A stretch of DNA of 64,000 nucleotides from an uncultured Candidatus Saccharibacteria bacterium (GTDB lineage Bacteria > Patescibacteriota > Minisyncoccia > Phycocordibacterales > Phycocordibacteraceae), in the NCBI GenBank assembly GCA_964607655.1, contig CAZSKX010000001.1:147434-211433 (forward strand). Reading direction: 5' to 3'. Position numbers and translations under genes: made by a program. The notes below the pieces were generated by a model. It saw only the letters and a program-made list of their open reading frames with translations, had not been told where the DNA came from and searched no databases. Shown here in pieces: positions 19,811 through 29,192 of this stretch. Position 1 is the first letter of the stretch. The number at the start of each line of letters is the position of its first letter.

Positions 19811-21052
19811 CTACTTCCCTGTCGTCAAAAATTGTACGGCACGAGCCATCTGGGGGTCTTCTTCGGCGGCCACTTGTTCGGGACTGACGGGGACGACGAT
19901 ATCAGGCGTGATGCCGTTACCCATGATCCAGTGTCCGCTCGGTGTCACCCAGCGCGCGATGGTGATCTTCAGTGAACCGTCGTGAAGCGGGATCAGCTGC
20001 TGCACTGAGCCTTTGCCAAAGGTATGTGTCCCGATCAGGGTGGCGACCTTGTGGTCTTTGAGTGCGCCGGCGACGATCTCAGAGGCCGAAGCAGACCCGC
20101 CGTCGATGAGGACCACGACTTTTGTTCGCTTCGGTAAGTCGTTGAAGCCGAGGCTGGTGTGGACGTCGTTTTCTTGTTTACCGCCGAAGTCTTCGGTAAC
20201 GACCGTTGCTCCTCGTGGCAGGAAGTGGCTGGTGATGTTTACCGCAGCCTCAAGGTAACCACCGGGATTACCACGGAGGTCGACGACGAGCTTGGTGCTC
20301 CCCGAGGCCTTGAAGCGACTCAGTGCTTCGTTGAAGAGATTTACTGAGCTCGCCGTGAATTCGTAGAGGGCGATATGGTAGACGCCGCTTTTTTCGTCGA
20401 GTCCATCCTCGGTCTGGGGTACCTGGATGCGCGCGCGGACAATCTCGACGTTAAGTAATTTACCGCTGCGCACGATCGTAAGTGCGACGGTGGTGCCGAT
20501 CGGTCCGCGGATCCGGCTCACCGCCTCCTCGATCGAGAGACCTTCGGTCGGCTTTTTATCGATCGCCACGACCTGGTCGCCAGCCTTGACCCCGGCGGTG
20601 TCGGCGGGCGTGCCCTTAAGAGGAGTGATGACGGTAAGCACGTTGTTTTTAATATCGATCTCCATACCTACCCCACCGAAGCTGCCGCTAATCGATTCGT
20701 TAAAATCCTTTGATTCCTTAGGAGGAAGGAAGGCGGTGTACGGATCGCCATACGAGTCGGCCAAGCCTCGGATCGCGCCATAGATCATGTCCTGGTTACT
20801 CGGCAGAGTCGATGACGAGTGCGTGATGACGTAATTATTTCGAAGCGCGTTCCACGCCTTCCAGAAGTCGGCAAGATTGACTGACTGGTCAGGCGTTGGA
20901 TCGAGACCATCACCGACGAGCGGGAGGTTATTGATCACTGCGGCCGTGCCGCTGGTTCCTCCGACGAGCAGTCCCGTACCAAACGCGACTGCCGCGACGA
21001 GCGCGAGGGAGACACTCTTTATCGCGATGTTTTTATACAGGCGGCCTTCCAT
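19811..21052 (-). CDS. ctpA: carboxyl-terminal processing protease (S41)
   Basis: PDZ segment, DLRGNPGGYL and LIDGGSASASEI motifs. Confidence 0.85.
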   Translation of the reverse strand: MEGRLYKNIAIKSVSLALVAAVAFGTGLLVGGTSGTAAVINNLPLVGDGLDPTPDQSVNLADFWKAWNALRNNYVITHSSSTLPSNQDMIYGAIRGLADSYGDPYTAFLPPKESKDFNESISGSFGGVGMEIDIKNNVLTVITPLKGTPADTAGVKAGDQVVAIDKKPTEGLSIEEAVSRIRGPIGTTVALTIVRSGKLLNVEIVRARIQVPQTEDGLDEKSGVYHIALYEFTASSVNLFNEALSRFKASGSTKLVVDLRGNPGGYLEAAVNITSHFLPRGATVVTEDFGGKQENDVHTSLGFNDLPKRTKVVVLIDGGSASASEIVAGALKDHKVATLIGTHTFGKGSVQQLIPLHDGSLKITIARWVTPSGHWIMGNGITPDIVVPVSPEQVAAEEDPQMARAVQFLTTGK

Positions 21053-21098
21053 AGAACGTGTGCTTATAAGTCTATCATACCCGTGATATTCTCTTGGT

Positions 21099-22559
21099 AT
21101 GTCCTGGTTCTCGAAGCTTATTGGCCGAGGCGATGTTCCTGCCGCTCGTCCGGTTCAAGTCTTCTTTACCAATACGCTCTCGGGAAATAAGGAAGTGTTT
21201 GTCCCCCAGCGCGCAGGAGTCGCGCTTATGTATAGCTGTGGCCCAACAGTTTACGGCCCGGCACACGTGGGCAATCTGCGCTCCTACGTCTTCTCAGACA
21301 CGATCGCGCGTACCCTCACCTTCGCCGGGTATCGCGTCAGGCGCGTGATCAATATCACCGACTTCGGCCACCTTGTCTCAGATGGTGACGAGGGAGAAGA
21401 CAAGATGACGAAAGGATTGAAGCGAGAAGGCTTAGAACTCACGCTCGAGAATATGCGCGTACTCGCGGAGCGTTATGTCGCGAACTTTATCGATGATCTG
21501 GAGGCGCTCAACATCGATACCAATGACATTACGTTCCCGCGCGCAAGCGACTATATCGCTGAGCAGATCGCCTTGATACAGACCCTTGAGCAAAAGGGTT
21601 ATGCCTACCGCACCAAGGACGGCGTCTACTTCGATACGGCGCGTTTCCCCCACTACGGCAAGCTCGGCAGCGTCGATCTCGACGCACAGCAAGAAGGTGG
21701 TCGGGTGAAGCAGACTAAAGAGAAGCGTAATCCCGCAGACTTCGTACTCTGGAAGCCCGACAGGAAGCTGGGCTGGCAGAGCCCTTGGGGGCTCGGGTTC
21801 CCGGGTTGGCATATCGAGTGTTCGGCGATGAGTCGTGCACTGCTCGGGAACGAGCTCGATATCCATACCGGCGGAGAAGACCATATCAAGGTGCACCACA
21901 ACAATGAGATCGCGCAGTCAGAGGCAGCGAGCGGTCGGGTATTTGTACGCTACTGGATGCACAACGCGTTTCTTACGATGGATGGCGAGAAGGCTGCTAA
22001 ATCGCTTGGGAACGTTGTCTATCTCCACGAGCTCGCGTCGCGGGGCATTCACCCGCTCGCGCTCCGCTACTTCTTCTTGCAGGCGCACTACCGCTCTCCC
22101 CTCTCCTTCACCTGGGAGAGTCTTGCAGGCGCTGCTGCAGCCCTCACGCGACTCTGGAAGCTCGCCCGCGAGGTGGGCGACGAGGCCAGGCGTGCTGCGG
22201 CTCCGTCAGAGGCGCGAACCGCCTTCCTATCGGCCCTGCGTGATGATCTCTCGACGCCCCAGGCGCTCGCCGTGCTCTGGGATGCGCTCAAGAGCGAGGA
22301 CTACTCTCCTGAAGAGAAATGGGGCCTGATCGAGGACGCCGAGGCGCACCTTGGTCTCTTGTTGACCGACCCTCCGGAGACTGGCCCCCAGGTCGTTGCC
22401 GAGGTGCCAGAAGAGCTCTCTACCCTGCTACGAGAGCGTGAGGAGGCTCGTGGGGCCAAGGATTTCGCTAAAGCTGACCAAATAAGGCTTGAAATACAGA
22501 ACCGGGGATATCATGTGGAAGACGGCCCGGACGGCCCTGTTTTGACGAAACAGTCCTAG
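21099..22559 (+). CDS. cysS: cysteinyl-tRNA synthetase
   Basis: MYSCGPTVYGPAHVGNLRSY (HIGH); the KMSKS position reads KAAKSLGN. Confidence 0.9.
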   Translation: MSWFSKLIGRGDVPAARPVQVFFTNTLSGNKEVFVPQRAGVALMYSCGPTVYGPAHVGNLRSYVFSDTIARTLTFAGYRVRRVINITDFGHLVSDGDEGEDKMTKGLKREGLELTLENMRVLAERYVANFIDDLEALNIDTNDITFPRASDYIAEQIALIQTLEQKGYAYRTKDGVYFDTARFPHYGKLGSVDLDAQQEGGRVKQTKEKRNPADFVLWKPDRKLGWQSPWGLGFPGWHIECSAMSRALLGNELDIHTGGEDHIKVHHNNEIAQSEAASGRVFVRYWMHNAFLTMDGEKAAKSLGNVVYLHELASRGIHPLALRYFFLQAHYRSPLSFTWESLAGAAAALTRLWKLAREVGDEARRAAAPSEARTAFLSALRDDLSTPQALAVLWDALKSEDYSPEEKWGLIEDAEAHLGLLLTDPPETGPQVVAEVPEELSTLLREREEARGAKDFAKADQIRLEIQNRGYHVEDGPDGPVLTKQS

Positions 22560-22575
22560 AGGTATAATCGAGTGG

Positions 22576-23970
22576 ATGGCCACCGCTAAAATCTCTCCAC
22601 TCAAGCCGGCTGATATTTTAGGACGGGTTCCTCCTCAGTCGCTTGAGGCCGAGCGCGCACTTCTGGGCTCGCTTCTCTTGAAGCCTGACGCGATCCATGA
22701 CGTCTCAGACCTTGTGCGGCCGGATTCTTTTTATGCAGAGAAGCACCGGATCATCTTCAGCGCGATGCGCGATCTCTCGGAGCGGGGCGAGCCGATCGAC
22801 CAGCTGACACTCTCGGAGCGTTTGCAGAACCAGGGTACGCTCGAGCGCGCTGGTGGGCGTAGCTATCTCGCCGAGCTCGTCAATGCCGCGACCTCGCCGG
22901 GCAACGTGTCACACTACGCCGAGCTCGTCTCGCGTAAGCATCTGATGCGTGCGTTGATTGACGCGTCTTATACTATTGGCGAGTCAGCTTACGACGAGGG
23001 GCGCGAAGCGATGGAGGTGCTCGATGAGGCTGAGAAAGCGATCTATGCGATTGGCAACTCGTCAGTCGCGCATAAATTCACAGCGATCGGTGACAAGGTG
23101 CACGAGGCTTGGGAGCGTCTAGAGGCCCTTTCGCACAAGCAGGACGGGATCCGTGGCGTGCCCTCCGGCTTCCCTGCCCTGGATAACCTCCTTTCCGGCT
23201 TTCACCCTTCTGATCTCGTGATCCTCGCGGCGCGTCCGTCTGTAGGTAAAACTTCGCTTGCGCTCGATATCGCGCGTAACGCCGCAGTGCGGCACGATGT
23301 CCCGGTCGGCATCTTCTCGCTCGAAATGAGCTCAGAACAGCTCATTGATCGCATGCTCGCGGCTGAGTCGTTCGTGAACTCGTGGGCGTTGCGCACTGGT
23401 CAGGTGAAGAGCGAAGACGATTTCTCGCGTATTCGCGACGCGCTCGAGTCGCTCTCGAAGGCGCCGATCTATATCGATGACAAGCCGGGTAACAACATCC
23501 TCGCCATGCGCGCCGTCGCACGCCGCTTGAAGCGCGAGCGTGGTATTGGCCTCATCATCGTCGACTATCTCCAGCTCATGAGCCCCACGTCGACCAAGGC
23601 GAGTGATTCTTTGGTACAACAGGTCACCGAAATCTCGCGATCGCTCAAGGGCCTAGCGCGTGAGCTCAACGTCCCGGTCATCGCTCTCTCGCAGCTCTCG
23701 CGTAACGTCGAGCAACGTGGCGGTAAGCCGCGCCTCTCAGACCTCCGCGACTCGGGCTCGATCGAGCAGGATGCTGACATCGTGATGTTTATCCACCGCG
23801 AAGACAAAGGGGCGACTCCTGAGGGTGAACGCACCAACATTCGCGAGATCTTGATCGAAAAGCATCGTAACGGACCTACCGGTAAGGTGGACCTCTACTT
23901 CGACGATAAGCGGGCCAGCTTCCAAAACGTGGATACGATGGGCTATGGTGATCTCGCTGCGGAATTTTAA
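22576..23970 (+). CDS. dnaB: replicative DNA helicase
   Basis: N-terminal DnaB domain, Walker A ARPSVGKTSLALDIA, RecA-like C-terminal domain; TATAAT lies 7 nt before the ATG. Confidence 0.9.
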   Translation: MATAKISPLKPADILGRVPPQSLEAERALLGSLLLKPDAIHDVSDLVRPDSFYAEKHRIIFSAMRDLSERGEPIDQLTLSERLQNQGTLERAGGRSYLAELVNAATSPGNVSHYAELVSRKHLMRALIDASYTIGESAYDEGREAMEVLDEAEKAIYAIGNSSVAHKFTAIGDKVHEAWERLEALSHKQDGIRGVPSGFPALDNLLSGFHPSDLVILAARPSVGKTSLALDIARNAAVRHDVPVGIFSLEMSSEQLIDRMLAAESFVNSWALRTGQVKSEDDFSRIRDALESLSKAPIYIDDKPGNNILAMRAVARRLKRERGIGLIIVDYLQLMSPTSTKASDSLVQQVTEISRSLKGLARELNVPVIALSQLSRNVEQRGGKPRLSDLRDSGSIEQDADIVMFIHREDKGATPEGERTNIREILIEKHRNGPTGKVDLYFDDKRASFQNVDTMGYGDLAAEF

Positions 23971-23976
23971 TCAAGG

Positions 23977-24579
23977 ATGAATACGATCGACGAACTCGCG
24001 CACGCGCTCGCCAAACTGCCGGGCATTGGCCCACGCCAAGCGAAGCGCTTTGTCTACCACTTGCTCTCGGCGTCTCCCTCAGAGCGCGCCACCCTCTCGG
24101 TCTTGATCAGTGACCTCGGCAAGAACGTGAAGCAATGCCACGATTGCATGCGCTACCACAACGCGGCGAGTGCCGAAGTTTGTAATTACTGTGGTGATCG
24201 TCGTCGTGACGACTCGCTCCTTATGCTGCTCGAGAAGGACCAAGATCTCGCGGCTGTCGAGCGTGCAGGTACTTATAAGGGCCGCTACTTTGTCCTCGGC
24301 GGGGTGCTTACCCTTACGGGCAAGGGTGCGATTCGTGAAAAAGATCTGATTCGTATACTCGAGAACCGTATTAAAAATGGTCTTAAAGAAGTAGTCCTCG
24401 CACTCTCGGCGACGAGCGAGGGCGAACACACGACTGACCATGTGCGCATTATGCTCGCTCCGTATCGCGAGCTCATCACGATCTCGCTGCTTGGTCGCGG
24501 ACTCGCCACGGGCAGCGAGCTCGAATACTCCGACGCCGAGACACTCCGGGCTGCGCTCGCTGGCCGCAAGGAGGCATGA
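23977..24579 (+). CDS. recR: recombination protein RecR
   Basis: HhH N-terminus, C4 zinc finger CHDC...CNYCGD, Toprim domain. Confidence 0.9.
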   Translation: MNTIDELAHALAKLPGIGPRQAKRFVYHLLSASPSERATLSVLISDLGKNVKQCHDCMRYHNAASAEVCNYCGDRRRDDSLLMLLEKDQDLAAVERAGTYKGRYFVLGGVLTLTGKGAIREKDLIRILENRIKNGLKEVVLALSATSEGEHTTDHVRIMLAPYRELITISLLGRGLATGSELEYSDAETLRAALAGRKEA

Positions 24580-24743
24580 ATCACAAAGTTTCAGTAGAAA
24601 AATTGACGCACTTTCAATGCGGATGGTGTAAAAGTGGTGGACTATTGGCGCGCTCCCCGCTCGAAGAAGGTCTAGCACTGTCCTTGGTGCGGCACTGAGG
24701 CCGTGGTAGAGTCGCTGCAGAAAGATTTCCGGAGGAAACGCAG

Positions 24744-25034
24744 ATGATTAAGACCGTCGAAGAAGGTCTCGAAGTCTACAGAAAGACCCTGCTCGACTAC
24801 AAAACGTTCTGTGAGGAGCACGGGGTCGGCCCGGTTAATGAGGAAGAGAGCATGATCCAGATGCCCTACCCCGAGTCGGAGTCGTTTAACGCTGTCGACG
24901 AGGGGCGGCGTAAACGTGAGATTGGACTTCGGGGCATGGAAGAGGCGCTGGGCCTGAGTTTTCAGGAACGTCTCGAGATCCTGCGCGAGCTCCACGTCAC
25001 CCGCTACGACGCACGAGCGTGGCCGATCTGGTGA
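24744..25034 (+). CDS. hypothetical protein (first gene of the GC-rich insert)
   Basis: ORF with a GGAGGA Shine-Dalgarno sequence, followed by a strong terminator. Confidence 0.4.
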   Translation: MIKTVEEGLEVYRKTLLDYKTFCEEHGVGPVNEEESMIQMPYPESESFNAVDEGRRKREIGLRGMEEALGLSFQERLEILRELHVTRYDARAWPIW

Positions 25035-25044
25035 AGAAAGAGGG

Positions 25045-25086
25045 CGGGTCGCAATCGCGTAAGAAGCGATTGCGACCCGCTTTTTC
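25045..25086 (+). terminator. intrinsic terminator
   Basis: GCGGGTCGCAATCGC-gtaagaa-GCGATTGCGACCCGC plus TTTTT. Confidence 0.8.
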
Positions 25087-25115
25087 ATAGGCTATGCTAC
25101 CGGCAGATCAGATCT

Positions 25116-25598
25116 GTGGGAGAGGATATGCGGACACTCACGTTGTGGCAGCGACGGCTGCATCTCGAGGCAATCAAAGCTGCGATCCATCGGACAAAGC
25201 CAGGACTCTGTCCTGTAGAGTTCATGATCCAGATCAAAGTGACATGGAGGGAGATTCGAGTCGATAGCAAAGGTCATTTGTACTGGCGCGGGTGCACACT
25301 CGGCCGACAGCTCTTCATCCGCCTCTCTGAGGCCCAGAACTGGCGTTGCTGCTACTGCGGGGTCCGCGTCGTCGTCGGAGAGCCACTCGATCCGCGGCTG
25401 GCGACGCTGGAGCATGTCGTACCGAAGTGCTTTGGTGGCAACGACCATCCGGACAACCTCGCAATGGCGTGTGCGAGCTGTAACAACAATCGCGGCACCG
25501 AGGCCAGTCGGCTACTGGCGAAGCGTGAGCGGCTGGTTCGGCGAGACCAACCAGTCGAGAACGAGCCGGCCAGTTTACTCGAAACAGCGCGGGCCTAG
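25116..25598 (+). CDS. HNH endonuclease
   Basis: CCYCG...LEHVVPK...DHPDNLAMACASCNNNRG, a canonical HNH/zinc-finger motif. Confidence 0.75.
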   Translation: MGEDMRTLTLWQRRLHLEAIKAAIHRTKPGLCPVEFMIQIKVTWREIRVDSKGHLYWRGCTLGRQLFIRLSEAQNWRCCYCGVRVVVGEPLDPRLATLEHVVPKCFGGNDHPDNLAMACASCNNNRGTEASRLLAKRERLVRRDQPVENEPASLLETARA

Positions 25599-25625
25599 CG
25601 TCGTAGACTTGGGTAAATACAACAC

Positions 25626-25662
25626 GGGGCGTAGCAGTGATGCTACGCCCCGTTTCTTGTTT
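25626..25662 (+). terminator. intrinsic terminator
   Basis: GGGGCGTAGCA-gtga-TGCTACGCCCC followed by GTTTCTTGTTT. Confidence 0.7.
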
Positions 25663-25865
25663 CAGCACCGCTTCCAGATGCGGTTGCCGTAGCCATCTCG
25701 TGCGGTCTGGTCCGTTCCCTTCGGTCCGTGCTCCTCGCATCGTCGGATGTCGGTCGGTTGTCCCTGCCGCATCTTTTGCCAGGTCGCTGCGTCTTCACAG
25801 TGGTTCATGGTACAGGTTCTGGATCTCGTCGGCTGTTTCAAAGACCTCTCCTTTTCTTTTCGTTT

Positions 25866-26282
25866 TTAGAGCATGGCCGCGATCGCGTCGCGGATCTCGA
25901 AGAGCGTCTGCTCGTCGACCTTGAAGTCGTAGTCGTACGGGGCATAGTTCTTGCCCCAGCGACGATCGACGAAGGTCACCCCGCCAAACACCCGTGGTTC
26001 CTCGTAGCGAGGAATCACGTGCATGTGGCACCGACGGCTGAGGTTCCCGAGCGACGCCCAGTTGAAGAGGTCTGGGGCGAACGCGCGCGTGAGCCCTCGC
26101 CTCACTTCCCCTCCGATCTTGTGTAGCTCCTCCCACTCCTCGGGCGTGGTGTCCATCAGGTCAATGAGGCTAGGCCGCTTTGACCAGATGTACACCCTGC
26201 CCAAGAAATACTGGTTCTCGTGCAGGTACACCGTCCAGTGTTGATAGTTCCTGATTCTGAAACGTTCGTAATCTACGGCCAT
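25866..26282 (-). CDS. HIT-like nucleotide hydrolase/transferase family protein
   Basis: NWASLGNLSRRCHMHVIPR resembles the HIT NnGxxAGQxVxHxHxHxxPR motif with the first His replaced; AAGGAGG Shine-Dalgarno sequence. Confidence 0.5.
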   Translation of the reverse strand: MAVDYERFRIRNYQHWTVYLHENQYFLGRVYIWSKRPSLIDLMDTTPEEWEELHKIGGEVRRGLTRAFAPDLFNWASLGNLSRRCHMHVIPRYEEPRVFGGVTFVDRRWGKNYAPYDYDFKVDEQTLFEIRDAIAAML

Positions 26283-26324
26283 TGCCGCCTCCTTGTGGTT
26301 GTTCTAACTCCGAGAGGACTATAC

Positions 26325-26363
26325 CACAAAAAAGACGTGCGGGAACAGCACTGCTGTTCCCGC
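26325..26363 (-). terminator. minus-strand intrinsic terminator
   Basis: GCGGGAACAGCA-ctg-TGCTGTTCCCGC with an A-run on the plus strand (a U-run in the minus sense). Confidence 0.6.
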
Positions 26364-26433
26364 GCGCTCTCGGTTGATCTTCGAGGCCTGGAATGTTATG
26401 TTCCCGGCAGAAGAACGTCCCACAGGAGGGTGT

Positions 26434-26679
26434 ATGACGACACTCGTCACGACCATTTCTCTCGCGCTCATGACACTTCGGTCGCACTGGCGACGCCTCG
26501 CGCGGCCGCCCGAGCTTCCGCTTCCTCCACTTGAGGTGCACCTCTGTAGGGTCGACAAGAACGGCAGAGGCTCTCTCGTGAGCTATACGTACAAGGGTCA
26601 CAAGGTCATCTTCGCTCGCGGAACGTACACGAAATACCTCGTGAACCTCAGGGTCGAAGGCAAGGGTTCTGCCAACTAA
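26434..26679 (+). CDS. small hypothetical protein (uncertain)
   Basis: 81-aa ORF with a GGAGGG Shine-Dalgarno sequence, but antisense to the 3' region of the nucleotidase transcript. Confidence 0.25.
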   Translation: MTTLVTTISLALMTLRSHWRRLARPPELPLPPLEVHLCRVDKNGRGSLVSYTYKGHKVIFARGTYTKYLVNLRVEGKGSAN

Positions 26680-26683
26680 GAAC

Positions 26684-26713
26684 GGGCGGGTTGCAGCTTG
26701 CTGCAACCCGCCC
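26684..26713. terminator. strong GC hairpin (GGGCGGGTTGCAGC-ttgc-TGCAACCCGCCC)
   Basis: Perfect 13-bp stem between convergent ORFs; the T-run is weak. Confidence 0.45.
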
Positions 26714-26732
26714 GATTTCCTTACCGCCCTCT

Positions 26733-27311
26733 CTAGAGAAGCCGCATCGCGAGTCCGTACCACGAGCGCGCACGTCGATGAGGCGGCAGCGTCGCGGCGT
26801 AGGAGCGATTCCATGGCGTTTCGAAGAGGACGGGCTGCCGTACGACCTTCGCCACGTCTTCGTCGTGATGCGGCGCATCGTCGACGAAGCTCTCGAGATC
26901 GAAGCGCTTGCACAGCTCGCTCTTATCGATCTCGGGACCAGCACCGAAGCGGTTGGTCAGGTAGAGCCGGTCCACGAGCTCGGGGAAATGTCGCCCCATG
27001 AGCTCTTGCGTGTGGCCGAGCACTCCATTCGGACGCGCTGAGATGATGAAGAGCTCGTCGCGCTCGAGCAGTCGAGGAAGGGCGCGTGCTACGCCCGGCA
27101 TGAGCTCCGTCTCCATGTGTTCCTCCGAATGATAGAACTCGAAGACACGCCGGATCCCCTCTTCGCGGGACACGCCCCAGAGCTCGTAGAGGTGATAGGA
27201 CTTGATGTCGTCACGGGTGAACTGAGTGTTGAAGCGCGCGTTGTGCCAGCGGCAGATCGCGCGGTTGGTGTCGAAGAGTACGTCGTCGAAGTCGAAGCCT
27301 CGTTTTGCCAT
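26733..27311 (-). CDS. 5'(3')-deoxyribonucleotidase (HAD superfamily, NT5C-like)
   Basis: N-terminal FDFDDVLFDT (DxDxT/V nucleophile motif) and overall NT5C-like layout. Confidence 0.65.
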   Translation of the reverse strand: MAKRGFDFDDVLFDTNRAICRWHNARFNTQFTRDDIKSYHLYELWGVSREEGIRRVFEFYHSEEHMETELMPGVARALPRLLERDELFIISARPNGVLGHTQELMGRHFPELVDRLYLTNRFGAGPEIDKSELCKRFDLESFVDDAPHHDEDVAKVVRQPVLFETPWNRSYAATLPPHRRARSWYGLAMRLL

Positions 27312-27400
27312 TATTTAATGTCCTCCAGGTACGTTTTCTGTGCCTACCATAACACAAAACCCCGGCCGTGTATACACGGCCGGGGTTTTGGTTGTATGAG

Positions 27401-28777
27401 TTAACGTCCTTGGACGAAGGTGAGCGCGATACCCTTCTGTGCGGCACGGCCGGTACGGCCGATGCGGTGCACGTAGTCCTCGTAGGTCGAGGGCAGGTCG
27501 AAGTTGATCACGTGCGAGACAGCCGGGATGTCGAGGCCGCGCGCTGCGACGTCAGTCGCCACGAGCACACTCACCTTCCCTGCCTTAAAGGCCTCGAGGG
27601 CGCGGATACGCGCGCCATGGGTCTTGTTGCCGTGGATGCTCTCGGCATGAATATGCATGCGAGAGAGTTGCTTCGCGATCTTCTCTACCCCGTGCTTAGT
27701 GCGTCCGAAGACGATCACGCGGTGGAAGCCAGGCTCCTTAAGCATCTCAGCAAGTACATCGAACTTGTCTTTGCCACGCGGGATGCGGACAACGTCTTGG
27801 TCGATCGAGGTCGGCGTGTCTGCGGTCTTAACCGAGATCACGACCGGCTTATCGAGGAAGTCGCCGATGAGGCGCTCGATATCGCGTGACATCGTCGCCG
27901 AGAAGAAGAGCGTGTGACGCTCCTTACGCATCTTGCTCAGGATGAGGCGCATGTCCTCGATAAAGCCCATGTCGAGCATACGGTCAGCTTCGTCGAGCAC
28001 CACGGTCCCAAACTCGGTGAGCACAAGCGCCTTGCGCTCCATGAGGTCCTTCAATCGGCCTGGGGTGCCGATCACGAAGGCTGGGTCGTGGCGCAATTGC
28101 GAGATCTGGGGGCCGATGTTCGCACCACCCACCGCGACCATGCCGCGGAAGCCGAGGCCTTTAGCAAAGCCGGCGAGCTCCTTCTCGATCTGTACGGCGA
28201 GCTCACGGGTCGGCGCCATCACGAGGATACGCTCACCCTTCTGCTTCATTACCTTATCGATAAGGGGGATCAGAAAGGCTGCCGTCTTACCGGTACCGGT
28301 CGCTGCAAGGCCGACCACGTCTTGGCCGAGAAGGCCGTGCGGGATCGTCTTGTCCTGGATCGGGGTTGGGTGTTCGTAGCCCTTGGCGAGAATGTTTTTC
28401 TTAAGGTTTGGGTTAATGTCGAAGTCGCTGAACTTGTGTTCAGGCACAAAGGCTGGCTCTGAGGTGGTGACAACTGCGCGGTTAGTAAACTTTGCGATCT
28501 CGGCCTCAGTCTCGCCGAAGACGCCAAAGCCTCCGCGAGAACCTCCGCGGCTAGGGCGTCCTCCGCCACCACGACTAAAACCGCCGCGGTCGCCGTAATT
28601 GCTGCGAACGAAGCGTCCGTCGGTACGGCCAGGGTTGTCACGGCGTGGGCCACCGCGACCGCCGCGCGGTCCGGCGCTACGCGCTGGTGCGCTGTATGGT
28701 TTTGAGCTCTTCTCAGCACGAGTCTTAACGTCGCCTGAGGCGGCGGTTCCGCCGTGACTCCATCGTCCTAATTGCAT
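27401..28777 (-). CDS. DEAD-box ATP-dependent RNA helicase with an N-terminal RGG-rich extension
   Basis: Q-motif, AATGTGKT, VLDEADRMLDMGF, SAT and HRIGRTGRAA motifs; the first ~100 aa are Arg/Gly-rich low complexity. Confidence 0.9.
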   Translation of the reverse strand: MQLGRWSHGGTAASGDVKTRAEKSSKPYSAPARSAGPRGGRGGPRRDNPGRTDGRFVRSNYGDRGGFSRGGGGRPSRGGSRGGFGVFGETEAEIAKFTNRAVVTTSEPAFVPEHKFSDFDINPNLKKNILAKGYEHPTPIQDKTIPHGLLGQDVVGLAATGTGKTAAFLIPLIDKVMKQKGERILVMAPTRELAVQIEKELAGFAKGLGFRGMVAVGGANIGPQISQLRHDPAFVIGTPGRLKDLMERKALVLTEFGTVVLDEADRMLDMGFIEDMRLILSKMRKERHTLFFSATMSRDIERLIGDFLDKPVVISVKTADTPTSIDQDVVRIPRGKDKFDVLAEMLKEPGFHRVIVFGRTKHGVEKIAKQLSRMHIHAESIHGNKTHGARIRALEAFKAGKVSVLVATDVAARGLDIPAVSHVINFDLPSTYEDYVHRIGRTGRAAQKGIALTFVQGR

Positions 28778-28856
28778 AGTGAATTGAATATAAATGAATA
28801 GATAAAAAGAAACCTAAGCTCTCTCGAGCTTCGGTCAATAAGTACGAAAAGGAGAT

Positions 28857-29192
28857 TTACTTGATCGAGCTGATCTCGACCTTGAGGATAGGCTGACGGT
28901 GGCCGTTGCGCTTAAAATAGCGACTCTTCGGCTTATACTTCACCACTTCAACCTTCTTGCCCTTCCCTGCCATGACGACGGTACCTTTGACCTCTGCGCC
29001 CTTGATAGTAGGCGCACCGATGGTCGTGTCCGAGCCGTTGTCGACGAGGAGGACCTCATTGAAAACGATAGTGTCACCCTTCTTCAAGTCGCCCGGGAGC
29101 TTCTCAATCGTAATAGTGTCGCCTTTAGAGACGACATACTGCTTCCCACCGGTCTTGATTACGGCCACTTCCATTGCCTGATACTCTAGCAT
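28857..29192 (-). CDS. rplU: 50S ribosomal protein L21
   Basis: VIKTGGKQYVVSKGDTITIEKL...GHRQ; the true start may be the internal ATG at 29174. Confidence 0.85.
   Translation of the reverse strand: MLEYQAMEVAVIKTGGKQYVVSKGDTITIEKLPGDLKKGDTIVFNEVLLVDNGSDTTIGAPTIKGAEVKGTVVMAGKGKKVEVVKYKPKSRYFKRNGHRQPILKVEISSIK

Noticed and set aside
26170-26913. 247-aa Arg-rich ORF on the minus strand spanning the HIT-like gene, an intergenic hairpin and the nucleotidase gene
   Set aside because: It overlaps two better-supported genes and two terminators, and its Arg/Ala/Ser-rich composition is typical of spurious frames in GC-rich DNA.
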